IMG/VR virus record: IMGVR_UViG_3300024287_000002
Location: 1 to 41,279 of that record
Strand: one strand, 5' to 3'
Source of the DNA: a virus
Lineage: Duplodnaviria; Caudoviricetes
DNA: 41,279 nt
Positions 1 to 8,010 of this stretch are shown one piece after another. The notes below the pieces were generated by a model, which was given only the letters and a program-made list of their open reading frames with translations, was not told the DNA's origin and ran no database searches. A program made the position numbers and the translations under genes. Each line of letters starts with the position of its first letter. Position 1 is the stretch's first letter.

Positions 1-127
1 GTGATTTCCACAGGTGCGATCTGACTGACTATAAAACGCCGGTCAGCTATTCAAACGGCACTGGCCGCGCCCCGGCACCTAGCCGTGAGGCTGCACCGTT
101 GGAATTTGATGCATGGTGGAAATCCGA
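1..127 (+). repeat. Terminal direct repeat, copy 1 (assembly overlap of a circular contig)
   Basis: Identical to 41153-41279. Confidence 0.95.
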
Positions 128-425
128 GATCGAAGCAAACGGCGGCACAAGCATTGGCGCGGATTTCCGACATTGGGCCGGGAGGGGATATCGCGCTGCA
201 CTAGCCCAGCAGGGCGCAGGAGCTGCGGCAGAGGATGCCGACACCTTGAACGTGATGCTGTGGCTGCTGCGCCGTCTGCCTCGCGCCTACGAAAACCCAC
301 CGTTTGTTGTGCAAACCGTTCAGCGCCTCGCAGAGGGCACCGGAACCGACGTATCCGAATGTCTCAACGAGCGCGCCGCTCATCCAGGCGATGCGGCAGA
401 AGGCGGGAGAGTGGGTGCAGCGTGA
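1..425 (+). CDS. 3' part of a junction-spanning hypothetical protein (starts at 40945; about 210 aa)
   Basis: The frame from ATG 40945 continues through the overlap (GDFHRCDLTDYKTPVSYSNGT...) into the 99..425 frame and stops at 425, overlapping the next GTG. Confidence 0.8.
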   Translation, partial: DFHRCDLTDYKTPVSYSNGTGRAPAPSREAAPLEFDAWWKSEIEANGGTSIGADFRHWAGRGYRAALAQQGAGAAAEDADTLNVMLWLLRRLPRAYENPPFVVQTVQRLAEGTGTDVSECLNERAAHPGDAAEGGRVGAA

Positions 426-790
426 GCGACTTCTACATCATCAGCGTAAAGCACACGCGCCGCGAGCACGACTACATCACGGTATGGCGGCCAGACAATA
501 ATGGCTACGCATGGCCACTGTCGTGGGCCGGGAAGTACAGCGAGGCCGATGTGCTGGCGAATCGCGACTACTACCACTGCGGCGACGACACCTTGGCCGT
601 GCCCTGTGCCCTGCTCGACACGCTGGCCGTCCCGCCGACCAAGGGCACCGTCGATAACGACGCCGGGCCTGTCGTGCTCAACAACCGCGCGAACTGGAAA
701 TGCATTTTGGAGTTCGCCATGCCCGATCCGATCTACAAGCCCCAGCCGCAATACAAGCGCGTTCTCCGCGCCACCAAGGAGGCAGCATGA
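422..790 (+). CDS. Hypothetical phage protein
   Basis: GTG start overlapping the upstream TGA; MSDFYIISVKHTRREHDYITVWRP...; ends KEAA with the next gene's RBS. Confidence 0.75.
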   Translation: MSDFYIISVKHTRREHDYITVWRPDNNGYAWPLSWAGKYSEADVLANRDYYHCGDDTLAVPCALLDTLAVPPTKGTVDNDAGPVVLNNRANWKCILEFAMPDPIYKPQPQYKRVLRATKEAA

Positions 791-1146
791 GCATCAACAT
801 CGAAAAGGAGCGCGCGGCGTTTGAGGCGGTTGCACGTCGGATTACCCACGCACAAGACTTTGAGCGCGAAGGTGAAAGCTACTCCGACTATGTGCTGTCG
901 ACCTATTGGGACTTCTGGCTCGCCGCCAAGCGTGACGCCATTTCGGCGCAAGCGGATGATGCGAAAATCGCAAACCGCGTGCGCGACCTGATTGCCGACC
1001 ACGTAGCCGATAACTGGCCGATGGCCCGATATCACCTCGAATTGGTAGAGAAGAAGCTGCGTGCGATCAGAGCCGACCACTTGCTAGCGAAGCATGACGC
1101 CGCCATTGAAGCGCACAGCAAGGCCGGGAAGGACGGTGGCCAATGA
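787..1146 (+). CDS. Hypothetical phage protein
   Basis: AGGAGG RBS, ATGA overlap, MSINIEKERAAFEA. Confidence 0.75.
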   Translation: MSINIEKERAAFEAVARRITHAQDFEREGESYSDYVLSTYWDFWLAAKRDAISAQADDAKIANRVRDLIADHVADNWPMARYHLELVEKKLRAIRADHLLAKHDAAIEAHSKAGKDGGQ

Positions 1147-1217
1147 ACCCCGCCATCATCTTCTGGCTGCTGTGGCTGATCTGGATGCCGGCGCAGCGCA
1201 CGGAGCCGCGCGAATGA
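1143..1217 (+). CDS. Small hydrophobic peptide (24 aa, MNPAIIFWLLWLIWMPAQRTEPRE)
   Basis: ATGA coupling to the upstream gene; fills the gap before the excisionase. Confidence 0.45.
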   Translation: MNPAIIFWLLWLIWMPAQRTEPRE

Positions 1218-1240
1218 AAGAATCGAAAGGAAACACGAAG

Positions 1241-1480
1241 ATGACGAACGAAACCATGAACACCGAAGCCGCCGCCAGCCTGCCAGCCACCGGCTACGTG
1301 CGCCAGGTGCAGCTGGTCGGGAATAAAGGGAAGGGCGTACTGGGCGTAATCCCGTTCTCGGCGGCGACGCTCTGGCGCAAGGTTGCGGCCAAGGAGTTCC
1401 CGGCGCCGGTTAAGCTGTCGGCAGGCGTGACCGCGTGGAAGGTCGAGGATGTGCGCGCCTGGATGGCGCAGCGCGCGTGA
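1241..1480 (+). CDS. alpA: AlpA-family excisionase / recombination directionality factor
   Basis: PFSAATLWRKVAAKEFPAPVKLSAGVTAWKVEDVRAW motif; AAAGGA RBS; convergent with the integrase. Confidence 0.88.
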   Translation: MTNETMNTEAAASLPATGYVRQVQLVGNKGKGVLGVIPFSAATLWRKVAAKEFPAPVKLSAGVTAWKVEDVRAWMAQRA

Positions 1481-1483
1481 TTG

Positions 1484-2701
1484 TCAGGCAGTCCGCGGCG
1501 GCACAATTTCGGCGCCGAGGCGCAGCTTATCTAAGTAATCCGCCCACCTCTGCATCATTCCCCGGCGGGCCTCCAGATGGGTGGTCCTGTTGTAGGCCCG
1601 CCCATTCGCATCCTTGACCGCGTGCGCCAGCTGGTGCTCGATCAGGTCGACCCGCTCCCCCAGCACCTCATCCAACATCGTGCGCGCCATCGCGCGGAAG
1701 CCATGGCCGGTCATCACGTCGCCGCCGTATCCCAGCGCGCGCAGCGCGGCATTCACCGTGTTGTCGCTCATCGGCCGGCTGGCCGACCTTATGCTGGGGA
1801 ACACATACGGGCCCGCGCCTGTGATCAGCTCCAGCGCGCGCAGGATCTCGACCGCCTGCCGCGCCAGCGGCACGATGTGATCGTTGTCCATCTTCATTTT
1901 CTCAGCAGGGATGCGCCACTCACCGGCTCCCAGGTCGATCTCGGACCACTCGGCCTGCCGCAGCTCGCCCGGGCGGACAAACACCAGCGGCGCGAGCTTC
2001 AGCGCGGCTTGGCAGTACGGGTGTCCCTGATAGGCATGGATCGCGCGAAGCAGGGCGCCTGCCTGTGCCGGCTCGGTGATCGCGGCGAAGTTGGCTTCGG
2101 TGCGCTTCTCGAGCGCGTCAGCAACGCCCACGGTCGGGTCTCGGTCGGCCAGCTCGGCGACCATGGCCATCCGGAACACCTTGCTCATGTACCCGAGCAC
2201 CCGCAGCATGGAATCGATGATGCCGCGGGCCTGCATGCGCTTCATCAGCTCCAGAATGTCGGGGGAGCGCAGATCGCCGATCGGTCTCTTGCCGATGAAG
2301 GGGAACACGTCGCGTTCGAACCAGCTGACGACGCGCTGCTGTGTTTCCTCGCCGCGCTCGCTTGCCGAGGTTGCCAGCCAGTCGCGCGCCACCGTTTCGA
2401 ACAGTGCGCCGGCTGCCCGCTTGGCTTCCTTCTGCGCCTCCTGCTTCTCGGTGCTCGGGTCTTTCCCGGCGGCCAGCAGCTCGCGCGCCTGGTCGCGTCC
2501 CTTGCGCGCGGTGGCGAGCGACACCGCTGGGTAGACGCCTAGGGCGAGCGTCTTCTGCTTCCCAAGGAAGCGGTAGTTCAGGCGCCAGTACTTGCCGGCC
2601 GCGTTGACCAGCAGGTACAGGCCGCCGCCGTCTGAGTGCTTGTCACCCGCCTTGGCGCCGCTGTACTTGGCCTGGCGAACGAATGTGTCTGTCAAGGGCA
2701 T
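1484..2701 (-). CDS. int: P4-family tyrosine integrase
   Basis: N-terminal arm-binding motif (MPLTD...DGGGLYLLV...W...YRF.GKQKTLALGVYP); catalytic R (VRPGELR), HGFR, QLAH and AYNR. Confidence 0.97.
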   Translation of the reverse strand: MPLTDTFVRQAKYSGAKAGDKHSDGGGLYLLVNAAGKYWRLNYRFLGKQKTLALGVYPAVSLATARKGRDQARELLAAGKDPSTEKQEAQKEAKRAAGALFETVARDWLATSASERGEETQQRVVSWFERDVFPFIGKRPIGDLRSPDILELMKRMQARGIIDSMLRVLGYMSKVFRMAMVAELADRDPTVGVADALEKRTEANFAAITEPAQAGALLRAIHAYQGHPYCQAALKLAPLVFVRPGELRQAEWSEIDLGAGEWRIPAEKMKMDNDHIVPLARQAVEILRALELITGAGPYVFPSIRSASRPMSDNTVNAALRALGYGGDVMTGHGFRAMARTMLDEVLGERVDLIEHQLAHAVKDANGRAYNRTTHLEARRGMMQRWADYLDKLRLGAEIVPPRTA

Positions 2702-2771
2702 GCTTGTCTCACTTGTTGGTATCTGCTGGGCCGCAATGGCGACATACCATCAAATCGTACCAACAAAAATC

Positions 2772-2872
2772 TGAGATGGGATGATACAGGATGAGATTTA
2801 CTGAGTCTGCCCTACACCCCATTCGTCATAGGGGAAGTCGGGAGTTTTGAGACAGGATGAGATTTCTTGAGA
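2772..2872 (+). promoter_or_regulatory. Helically phased TGAGA-like repeats, putative excisionase binding sites
   Basis: TGAGA/TGATA/TGAGA/TGAGT at 2772, 2782, 2792, 2802 and TGAGA at 2848, 2858, 2868; ACAGGATGAGATTT duplicated at 2786 and 2852. Confidence 0.6.
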
Positions 2873-2880
2873 TTAACGGG

Positions 2881-2902
2881 TGGTCCCCCCGACTGGAATC
2901 GA
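2881..2902 (-). other. att core: 3' end of a tRNA (T-loop to CCA), probably tRNA-Arg(CCU)
   Basis: Minus strand reads TCGATTCCAGTCGGGGGGACCA (T-loop, T-stem, acceptor strand, CCA); isotype inferred from recalled betaproteobacterial tRNA-Arg ends. Confidence 0.8.
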
Positions 2903-3043
2903 GAAAAATGCTGGAAGCCGCATGGATGCTGGCTTTGAGTGATGGCGATGTGCATACATACCAACAAAAATACCAACGCGCCGGGTTGGTGCACCTTTGA
3001 CCTGCCTCGACCTTATCCCAGCCGCGCCCGGTAGACTGCCGGG

Positions 3044-3247
3044 ATGCTTCCAACCACCCACAACGACCGCCCTGACCGTGACCGCGCCCGGCTGGTCGAT
3101 GCCGCGCTTGATCTGCAAATCGAGCAAGGCCCGCAGGCTGCCGCAGCATTCCTGACCGACAACGGATTCGGCTTCTCTGCGGTCGTGCGCGTGCTTGCCG
3201 AGCCGGAACGGCGCCGACCGCTTGACCTGCCGCCGCGCTCGCCTTGA
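3044..3247 (+). CDS. Small hypothetical protein (moron next to attP)
   Basis: 67-aa helical ORF in the same orientation as the following moron gene. Confidence 0.6.
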   Translation: MLPTTHNDRPDRDRARLVDAALDLQIEQGPQAAAAFLTDNGFGFSAVVRVLAEPERRRPLDLPPRSP

Positions 3248-3314
3248 GTGTAAACAAATTGGCGTAAACACAACAGTGAGACGATGCCTCATCAACCACT
3301 ACAGAGGATGCTCG

Positions 3315-4442
3315 ATGAAACACCTGATTCTCGGCACCACCCTGGCGGCGCTCTTTGCCAGTGCCAGCGCCGGTCCCGTCAGCCAAGCCAGTACCGGCCC
3401 CGGCATTGCCCGGGTCGAGCCGGTCGACCCACCCCCGCCTGCGGAACCCCCGGGGGCGCCGCCGCCACCGCCGGGCGCCGCCATTCCGCCGCGGATGACG
3501 ATCGCCGGGCTGCAGAACCTGCGCCTTGGCATCAGCTTCAAGACATCGAAGGATGATGACGACTGGTGGATGCTGTGCGCCGACGAGGTCGGCTGCGAGC
3601 GCGTCACCCCCACCTATTTTCTCCCCGGGCTGACCGTACGGATCCGGCTTGGCAATGACGGCATCACGCCGATCACCTGGTATCAGCCGACCCAGAAGGT
3701 GGACGCGGCCACCGCCGACCGCCAGGCCTACCTGATCCCGGCTTTTAATGCCAGTGTCGGCGATGCACTCGCCGTGCTGATCAGCCGCACCGGGCCGCGC
3801 GGCGCGCGTGCCCCGTCCACCAGCGGGACCAAGACCGGCACCGGTGGCAAGGACAGCGACAAGCCGCGACCGGCAGGGACGGTCAACCCGTTCAAGGACC
3901 AGGTGGTGATCATCGAAGGACCGGACACACCGGACCCGCCAGAGTACCACCCGCCGCCGTACGATCCGCCCCCGCCACCAGACATGTCGCCGGCGCCGCC
4001 GGAGGATGGCGGGGGCGGTGGCGGCGAGTACCAGGACCCGGACGGCAGCGGGTGGAAGTCGCCCAAGCCAGCCAGTACGCAATGCGTGGCCACACTGCCA
4101 CCACTGCCGCCCGCTGCCGGCTGTGCGGTGACGGTGCCGGCGACGCACCCGCCGCTGCCGCCCGTGCCCGGCGATCCGCCACCACCCCCGCCGCCACCGA
4201 TCAACGGGTGCACCGTATTCGGCGTCGGCTGCGGCGGCATGCCCGAGCCGCCGCTGCCCAATCCGGCCGGTCCGATCTGCGGCTCGAAGTTTGTCGTTGA
4301 CGTGGCGGTCTGCAACCGCAACCGCGCGCTGGGCAAGCTCTCGCGGGTGCAGCACCAGCAGTGCATGGACATTAAATTTGCCGAGCTGGCGCGCTGCCGC
4401 GCGACGACCGGCGCCCAGCAGGTGACCCGGCCCGTGCATTGA
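3315..4442 (+). CDS. Secreted proline-rich, cysteine-containing protein (moron)
   Basis: AGAGGA RBS; Sec signal MKHLILGTTLAALFASASA; several polyproline tracts; 10 Cys; opposite strand to the late genes. Confidence 0.75.
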   Translation: MKHLILGTTLAALFASASAGPVSQASTGPGIARVEPVDPPPPAEPPGAPPPPPGAAIPPRMTIAGLQNLRLGISFKTSKDDDDWWMLCADEVGCERVTPTYFLPGLTVRIRLGNDGITPITWYQPTQKVDAATADRQAYLIPAFNASVGDALAVLISRTGPRGARAPSTSGTKTGTGGKDSDKPRPAGTVNPFKDQVVIIEGPDTPDPPEYHPPPYDPPPPPDMSPAPPEDGGGGGGEYQDPDGSGWKSPKPASTQCVATLPPLPPAAGCAVTVPATHPPLPPVPGDPPPPPPPPINGCTVFGVGCGGMPEPPLPNPAGPICGSKFVVDVAVCNRNRALGKLSRVQHQQCMDIKFAELARCRATTGAQQVTRPVH

Positions 4443-4466
4443 CCTCATCCGACGCTACGCTGCGCG

Positions 4467-4958
4467 TCACGGCGCCAGCCCGTTCTCGCGCAGGAATTCC
4501 TGGCACGCACGCCCCGTGGCCAGGTCCTCCTCCACGGCGAGCGTCAGCGCTCTAAGATCGCGCTCAACGTCTTCTCGAACCAGCCGGCCGGGTGGATCGG
4601 CGCGGTCGCTGCCGGTGGCGCTTTCGGTTTCGGCGGCGGCGGCAGGTCCACCACAGATGGCGGCACCGACGTACACGCGCTGAGTAACAATGCGCTCGCG
4701 CACAGGGGCAAGTTCTTCATTTTTGACCTTCGTGAGGATGGCGTTGGTGGCGTCCTGCTTGATGCTGAGGATGGCGTTGTCTTGGGTGCGCTTGAGGATG
4801 GCCACGGCGTCCTGGGCCGCGCGCTCGGAGACAGCAGCCTTGTGCCCCTCGTCGTACTTGCGGACACCGTAGAACTGCACGCCGCCGGCACTCGCGGCAG
4901 CTACCAGCACCACGGCGCCGGCCTTCCAGTACCAGGGGATGATGTCGGGTAGGATCAA
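4467..4958 (-). CDS. Rz: Inner-membrane spanin (Rz-like)
   Basis: TTG start overlapping the endolysin stop; N-terminal TM helix, helical periplasmic part, C-terminal ACQEF; contains an embedded lipoprotein ORF. Confidence 0.85.
   Translation of the reverse strand: MILPDIIPWYWKAGAVVLVAAASAGGVQFYGVRKYDEGHKAAVSERAAQDAVAILKRTQDNAILSIKQDATNAILTKVKNEELAPVRERIVTQRVYVGAAICGGPAAAAETESATGSDRADPPGRLVREDVERDLRALTLAVEEDLATGRACQEFLRENGLAP
4544..4720 (-). CDS. Rz1: Outer-membrane spanin lipoprotein (Rz1-like), embedded in Rz
   Basis: MKNLPLCASALLLSAC lipobox followed by a Pro-rich segment; different frame, wholly inside Rz. Confidence 0.85.
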   Translation of the reverse strand: MKNLPLCASALLLSACTSVPPSVVDLPPPPKPKAPPAATAPIHPAGWFEKTLSAILER

Positions 4959-5413
4959 GCGGCCACCTGCAAGTCGAACCGGCCCAGGTTTCGCCCGCGG
5001 ATGACCGCGATCAGCTTGTTCGCGTAATCCGGATCGGTGGCGTAACCGGCGGCAGCCACCGCGCACGCCCAGCCTTCGCCGGTCGTCTCATTGAAGCAGG
5101 CGGCATAACGCGAATTCTTGCGGAAGAAGGCGGCGCGGTCTGCCAAGCATTCGGCCCAATCCGCATAGAGCCGGAATTGGTCGATAGCGGCTATCTTTTG
5201 TCCGCTCACATATTCATGGGTATTCACCATTGTGACCGGGCCTTTCCAACTCTTGTCGGCCTTCACGCCGAATAGGTTGCACCCCTGGGCGCGGTTGCCC
5301 CAACTCGACTCCAGCGCTGCCTGGGCGATGGTGAACGAGGCAGGAATGGCGAATTCGCGATGGCATTCCTGTGCGGCCGTAGCGATCTGGTCGATAAACT
5401 CCTGCGGCTTCAT
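4955..5413 (-). CDS. Endolysin, glucosaminidase/FlgJ-like (GH73)
   Basis: IAQAALESSWG, NLFGVKA and GYATDPDYANKL motifs; lies between holin and spanins. Confidence 0.92.
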   Translation of the reverse strand: MKPQEFIDQIATAAQECHREFAIPASFTIAQAALESSWGNRAQGCNLFGVKADKSWKGPVTMVNTHEYVSGQKIAAIDQFRLYADWAECLADRAAFFRKNSRYAACFNETTGEGWACAVAAAGYATDPDYANKLIAVIRGRNLGRFDLQVAA

Positions 5414-5415
5414 TT

Positions 5416-5652
5416 CTAACCTTCTGCGGAACGGCGGTCGCGCCAAGCGCGCTCAAGCCTGATCAATTGAATCCCCAACACGACAATGGCGGTCACGATG
5501 CCGACACCCATCGAGACGACCGATAGCCAGCCCTGGATGACTTCTAGCTTTGCTGCCGCGCCAATTGACGTGGTTCCTGCCGCAATAGCAGTTGCCACCT
5601 TCGGATTACTTGCTGCAGCCTCAATGGCCGAGCGTGCGCTTTCTTCTTTCAT
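5416..5652 (-). CDS. Putative holin
   Basis: 78 aa with hydrophobic helices and a basic C-terminus, immediately upstream of the endolysin. Confidence 0.7.
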   Translation of the reverse strand: MKEESARSAIEAAASNPKVATAIAAGTTSIGAAAKLEVIQGWLSVVSMGVGIVTAIVVLGIQLIRLERAWRDRRSAEG

Positions 5653-5672
5653 TGTTCTTTCTTTCAAGAATG

Positions 5673-6071
5673 CTAGCCACCGCCGACACGATCACGATGC
5701 AGAACCACAGCGAGCCAAGAACTATTAGCATCATGGCGGTCAGGAATGACGAGTCGAAGCCACTGCGCAACGGTCAGCCCCCACATGAAGACGTTGTAGA
5801 GGCTGGGCGGTGCGTAGATCATGTACAGAATCCAGCCTCCGGCATTGCCGACGATGGATGCCAGGAATAGCCATTGCATGTCGCCGCACAGCCGCCTGCA
5901 CAGGAGGGCTGGAGAAACCATCAGCAAGAGCCAATCGAGCAGCGCGGCGCTTCCATGGAATACCAGCATCCCAGCCGGTGAATTCGGAAGCGATCCGGTG
6001 GCATGACCGTGCAAGATCATGAAGACCGTAATCAGCAGCCACATTTGCAAGCGCGCGCGCCACTTGTTCAT
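5673..6071 (-). CDS. 4-TM membrane protein of unknown function
   Basis: 132 aa; four hydrophobic segments carrying polar residues (H, D, N, YN, Q); start coupled to an upstream peptide ORF. Confidence 0.8.
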   Translation of the reverse strand: MNKWRARLQMWLLITVFMILHGHATGSLPNSPAGMLVFHGSAALLDWLLLMVSPALLCRRLCGDMQWLFLASIVGNAGGWILYMIYAPPSLYNVFMWGLTVAQWLRLVIPDRHDANSSWLAVVLHRDRVGGG

Positions 6072-6163
6072 TTCTTCTTCGGTTTTGGCGGCGTGTATTG
6101 CTTCTTTTCGGGAGGACGCTGCTGCCCGCCGCCGGCACCGGTTGCCATCGTCATTTTCTTCAT
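6068..6163 (-). CDS. 31-aa peptide MKKMTMATGAGGGQQRPPEKKQYTPPKPKKK
   Basis: AAAGGAGA RBS just upstream of the ATG; its TGA overlaps the next ATG (ATGA); below the ORF-track size cutoff. Confidence 0.75.
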   Translation of the reverse strand: MKKMTMATGAGGGQQRPPEKKQYTPPKPKKK

Positions 6164-6199
6164 GAATTTCTCCTTTCAGGTTGGTGGTTGAGGTTATTT

Positions 6200-6700
6200 T
6201 TAAACATCTGATTCATAGTCGAAACTTGCAATGGCATTTACCGTCACGGAGTGCCCTGTGCTATCGCCAACCACGCACTGCACGGTGCACTCGCCAACAT
6301 AGCCGAATCTGCCGATTGTATGGCTGACACTGCAGGCTGATGAGGTTGAATTACTGAGCGAGAATCCGGCGTCGTCCTGGATGATGATCGACCACTGGTA
6401 TGAGTAGGGCGCGAGTCCGCCCGATGCGGTGACAAATGGGTGCACAGTGGCGGTAAATGAAGTGTGGCCATTTGCGATGCCAGACGATGCGCCATCCGTC
6501 TCTGTTGCGCTAAATGGGCCTGATCCTCCGCCCCCGCCACCCGCACCAGTCTTCCCATAACAGGAACTGATCGAGATCGAACCCGACGCGACCCCGGCCA
6601 GCGTGCGCACATTGCCATCCCCCAGGCCGATTGCCCCCGATGACCCGATCTCGGCGCGCACCGCAAACAGGCTGATCGGCCCTGAGTTTGGCAGTGTCAT
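6200..6700 (-). CDS. Putative fibre-tip adhesin / receptor-binding protein
   Basis: N-terminal TLPxSGPISL...VRTLAGVASGSIS.S..YGK motif typical of phage fibre-associated proteins; poly-Gly linker; beta-rich Ig-like C-terminus (GGLAPYSYQWS). Confidence 0.6.
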   Translation of the reverse strand: MTLPNSGPISLFAVRAEIGSSGAIGLGDGNVRTLAGVASGSISISSCYGKTGAGGGGGGSGPFSATETDGASSGIANGHTSFTATVHPFVTASGGLAPYSYQWSIIIQDDAGFSLSNSTSSACSVSHTIGRFGYVGECTVQCVVGDSTGHSVTVNAIASFDYESDV

Positions 6701-7059
6701 GCGTCCACCATGCCAGTCAGCACCCAGCCGGGCAGCCCATTGGCGCGGATCGAGGCATACGCTTCCGCCACCGGATCCTGGCCATCCTCATGTTCGAAGC
6801 TGAACGCGAAGTTCATATCGGTAGCACCGAAATTTTTCTCGCGCGCTTCCTGGCTGGGATATACCTGCCCGCGCGCGATGTACATCACCGCATTGACTAC
6901 GACAGGCCTCAATACATCGCTCGTCGTGCCGTCCGAGTTCTCGACAACCTCCGGCACCACATCGGGCCGCAAATACTTCTGGATCGTCACCTGCGTGATG
7001 ATCAGGTAGCCATCGGTGATGGTGAAGCCGCCCTTCTTGGCAGTGAGTCGAATTGCCAT
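6697..7059 (-). CDS. Hypothetical tail-fibre-associated protein
   Basis: Coupled between the tail fibre and adhesin genes. Confidence 0.65.
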   Translation of the reverse strand: MAIRLTAKKGGFTITDGYLIITQVTIQKYLRPDVVPEVVENSDGTTSDVLRPVVVNAVMYIARGQVYPSQEAREKNFGATDMNFAFSFEHEDGQDPVAEAYASIRANGLPGWVLTGMVDA

Positions 7060-7060
7060 G

Positions 7061-8002
7061 TCATACCCTTTCCAGTTGATTGATTCGTTGCTCTAGCGTG
7101 TCGATGCGGTCGGTTAGCTCGCGGGTCGCCTCAACTAGCGCCGCCAGGGCAAGCTGGCCATAAGCCACAGAAAGATGGCCTTCGTCACTGGCCAGGACAG
7201 CCTCTCCAAAGCCCGCCTGCATAACTTCCTGCGCGCCAACACCGATCTTGCGCTGGCCTGTCCGGTTGTCGAGGTAGGTAAAGCCGCCATGTTCCATTGC
7301 CAGCAGGCGCTCCGTGACGTTTTTCAGCCGCTCGATCTCTTCCTTGAAGCGCATGTCTGAGAAGGCGGTTACATTGCCAAGCGCAACGAAATTGCCCGAG
7401 ATGTCAGATGTCCAGCGGTATACATCAGAGCCCTGCGACCAGCCACCAAGGGCGAAAGTGTTGCTACTATTCAGTCCTAGCTTGATGCCAAATGCGCTTG
7501 GCGTCTGGCGCTCAAACTGCATAACGGCGCCATTACCAGCTCCCAATGCTCCAAAAACGTGCAACGTATTTAGTGCTGTGCTCTCAAAGCTACCCGCACC
7601 AATCGCAAATTTGTGCAGACCGGTGTAGTTTTGCCCAGCGATGTTGGCCGGCGTGTAGCCAAGCGCAGTCGTCACCTGGGAGCTTGTAATACTCAGGAGG
7701 AACCCATCCGGATTGGTGTCTGCGGTCGGTAGCGTAAAAACCAAAACGCCTTTCGCGTTTTTGACGGTGACAGAATACAGCCCTGAAAAATAAATGTTTG
7801 CTGGCGTGTTATTTCTTACAATGTAGCCGTTCACGGTGCGCAGTGGCTGAGCGGCCGGGATTGTGCCTGCCGCATCCCAATAGACCGTTACCGGCGAGGT
7901 CTCCGGGTTTTGGCTGGGCTGGCCAAAGTAGACGTAGCCGCCTTCAAGCGGCTCTCCATCCGCATCGGTATAAAGTCTGATTGGGGATTCGATTGGATGC
8001 AT
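7061..8002 (-). CDS. Tail fibre with P22-type particle-binding N-terminus and C-terminal intramolecular chaperone (Peptidase S74-like)
   Basis: YTDADGEPLEGGYVYFG...NP...P...YWD...AQPLRT N-terminus; SDMRFKEEI, GVGAQEV and LSVAY motifs plus a terminal coiled coil. Confidence 0.85.
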   Translation of the reverse strand: MHPIESPIRLYTDADGEPLEGGYVYFGQPSQNPETSPVTVYWDAAGTIPAAQPLRTVNGYIVRNNTPANIYFSGLYSVTVKNAKGVLVFTLPTADTNPDGFLLSITSSQVTTALGYTPANIAGQNYTGLHKFAIGAGSFESTALNTLHVFGALGAGNGAVMQFERQTPSAFGIKLGLNSSNTFALGGWSQGSDVYRWTSDISGNFVALGNVTAFSDMRFKEEIERLKNVTERLLAMEHGGFTYLDNRTGQRKIGVGAQEVMQAGFGEAVLASDEGHLSVAYGQLALAALVEATRELTDRIDTLEQRINQLERV

Positions 8003-8010
8003 GGTTTCCT

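Larger units (their letters stand above)
2713..2977. other. attP region
   Basis: TACCAAC-type arm sites at 2713-2721 (inverted), 2745, 2758-2770, 2959-2971 and 2971-2977, on both sides of a tRNA-3'-end core. Confidence 0.85.

Noticed and set aside
1-127. 127-bp terminal repeat as a biological direct terminal repeat
   Set aside because: It falls in the middle of a gene and its length equals a common assembly k-mer; best explained as circular overlap
2745-2977. CRISPR-like repeat array near attP
   Set aside because: Repeats are 5-14 bp without regular unique spacers, and are explained as integrase arm and excisionase sites
2826-4448. 540-aa and 214-aa minus-strand ORFs (Arg-rich, Gly-rich)
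   Set aside because: Mirror frames of the Pro-rich gene; the longer one runs through attP; the plus-strand frame has the RBS and signal peptide
5650-5667. Lambda S-type dual-start holin/antiholin (MKERTMKEES)
   Set aside because: The upstream start is a TTG with no convincing RBS; insufficient evidence
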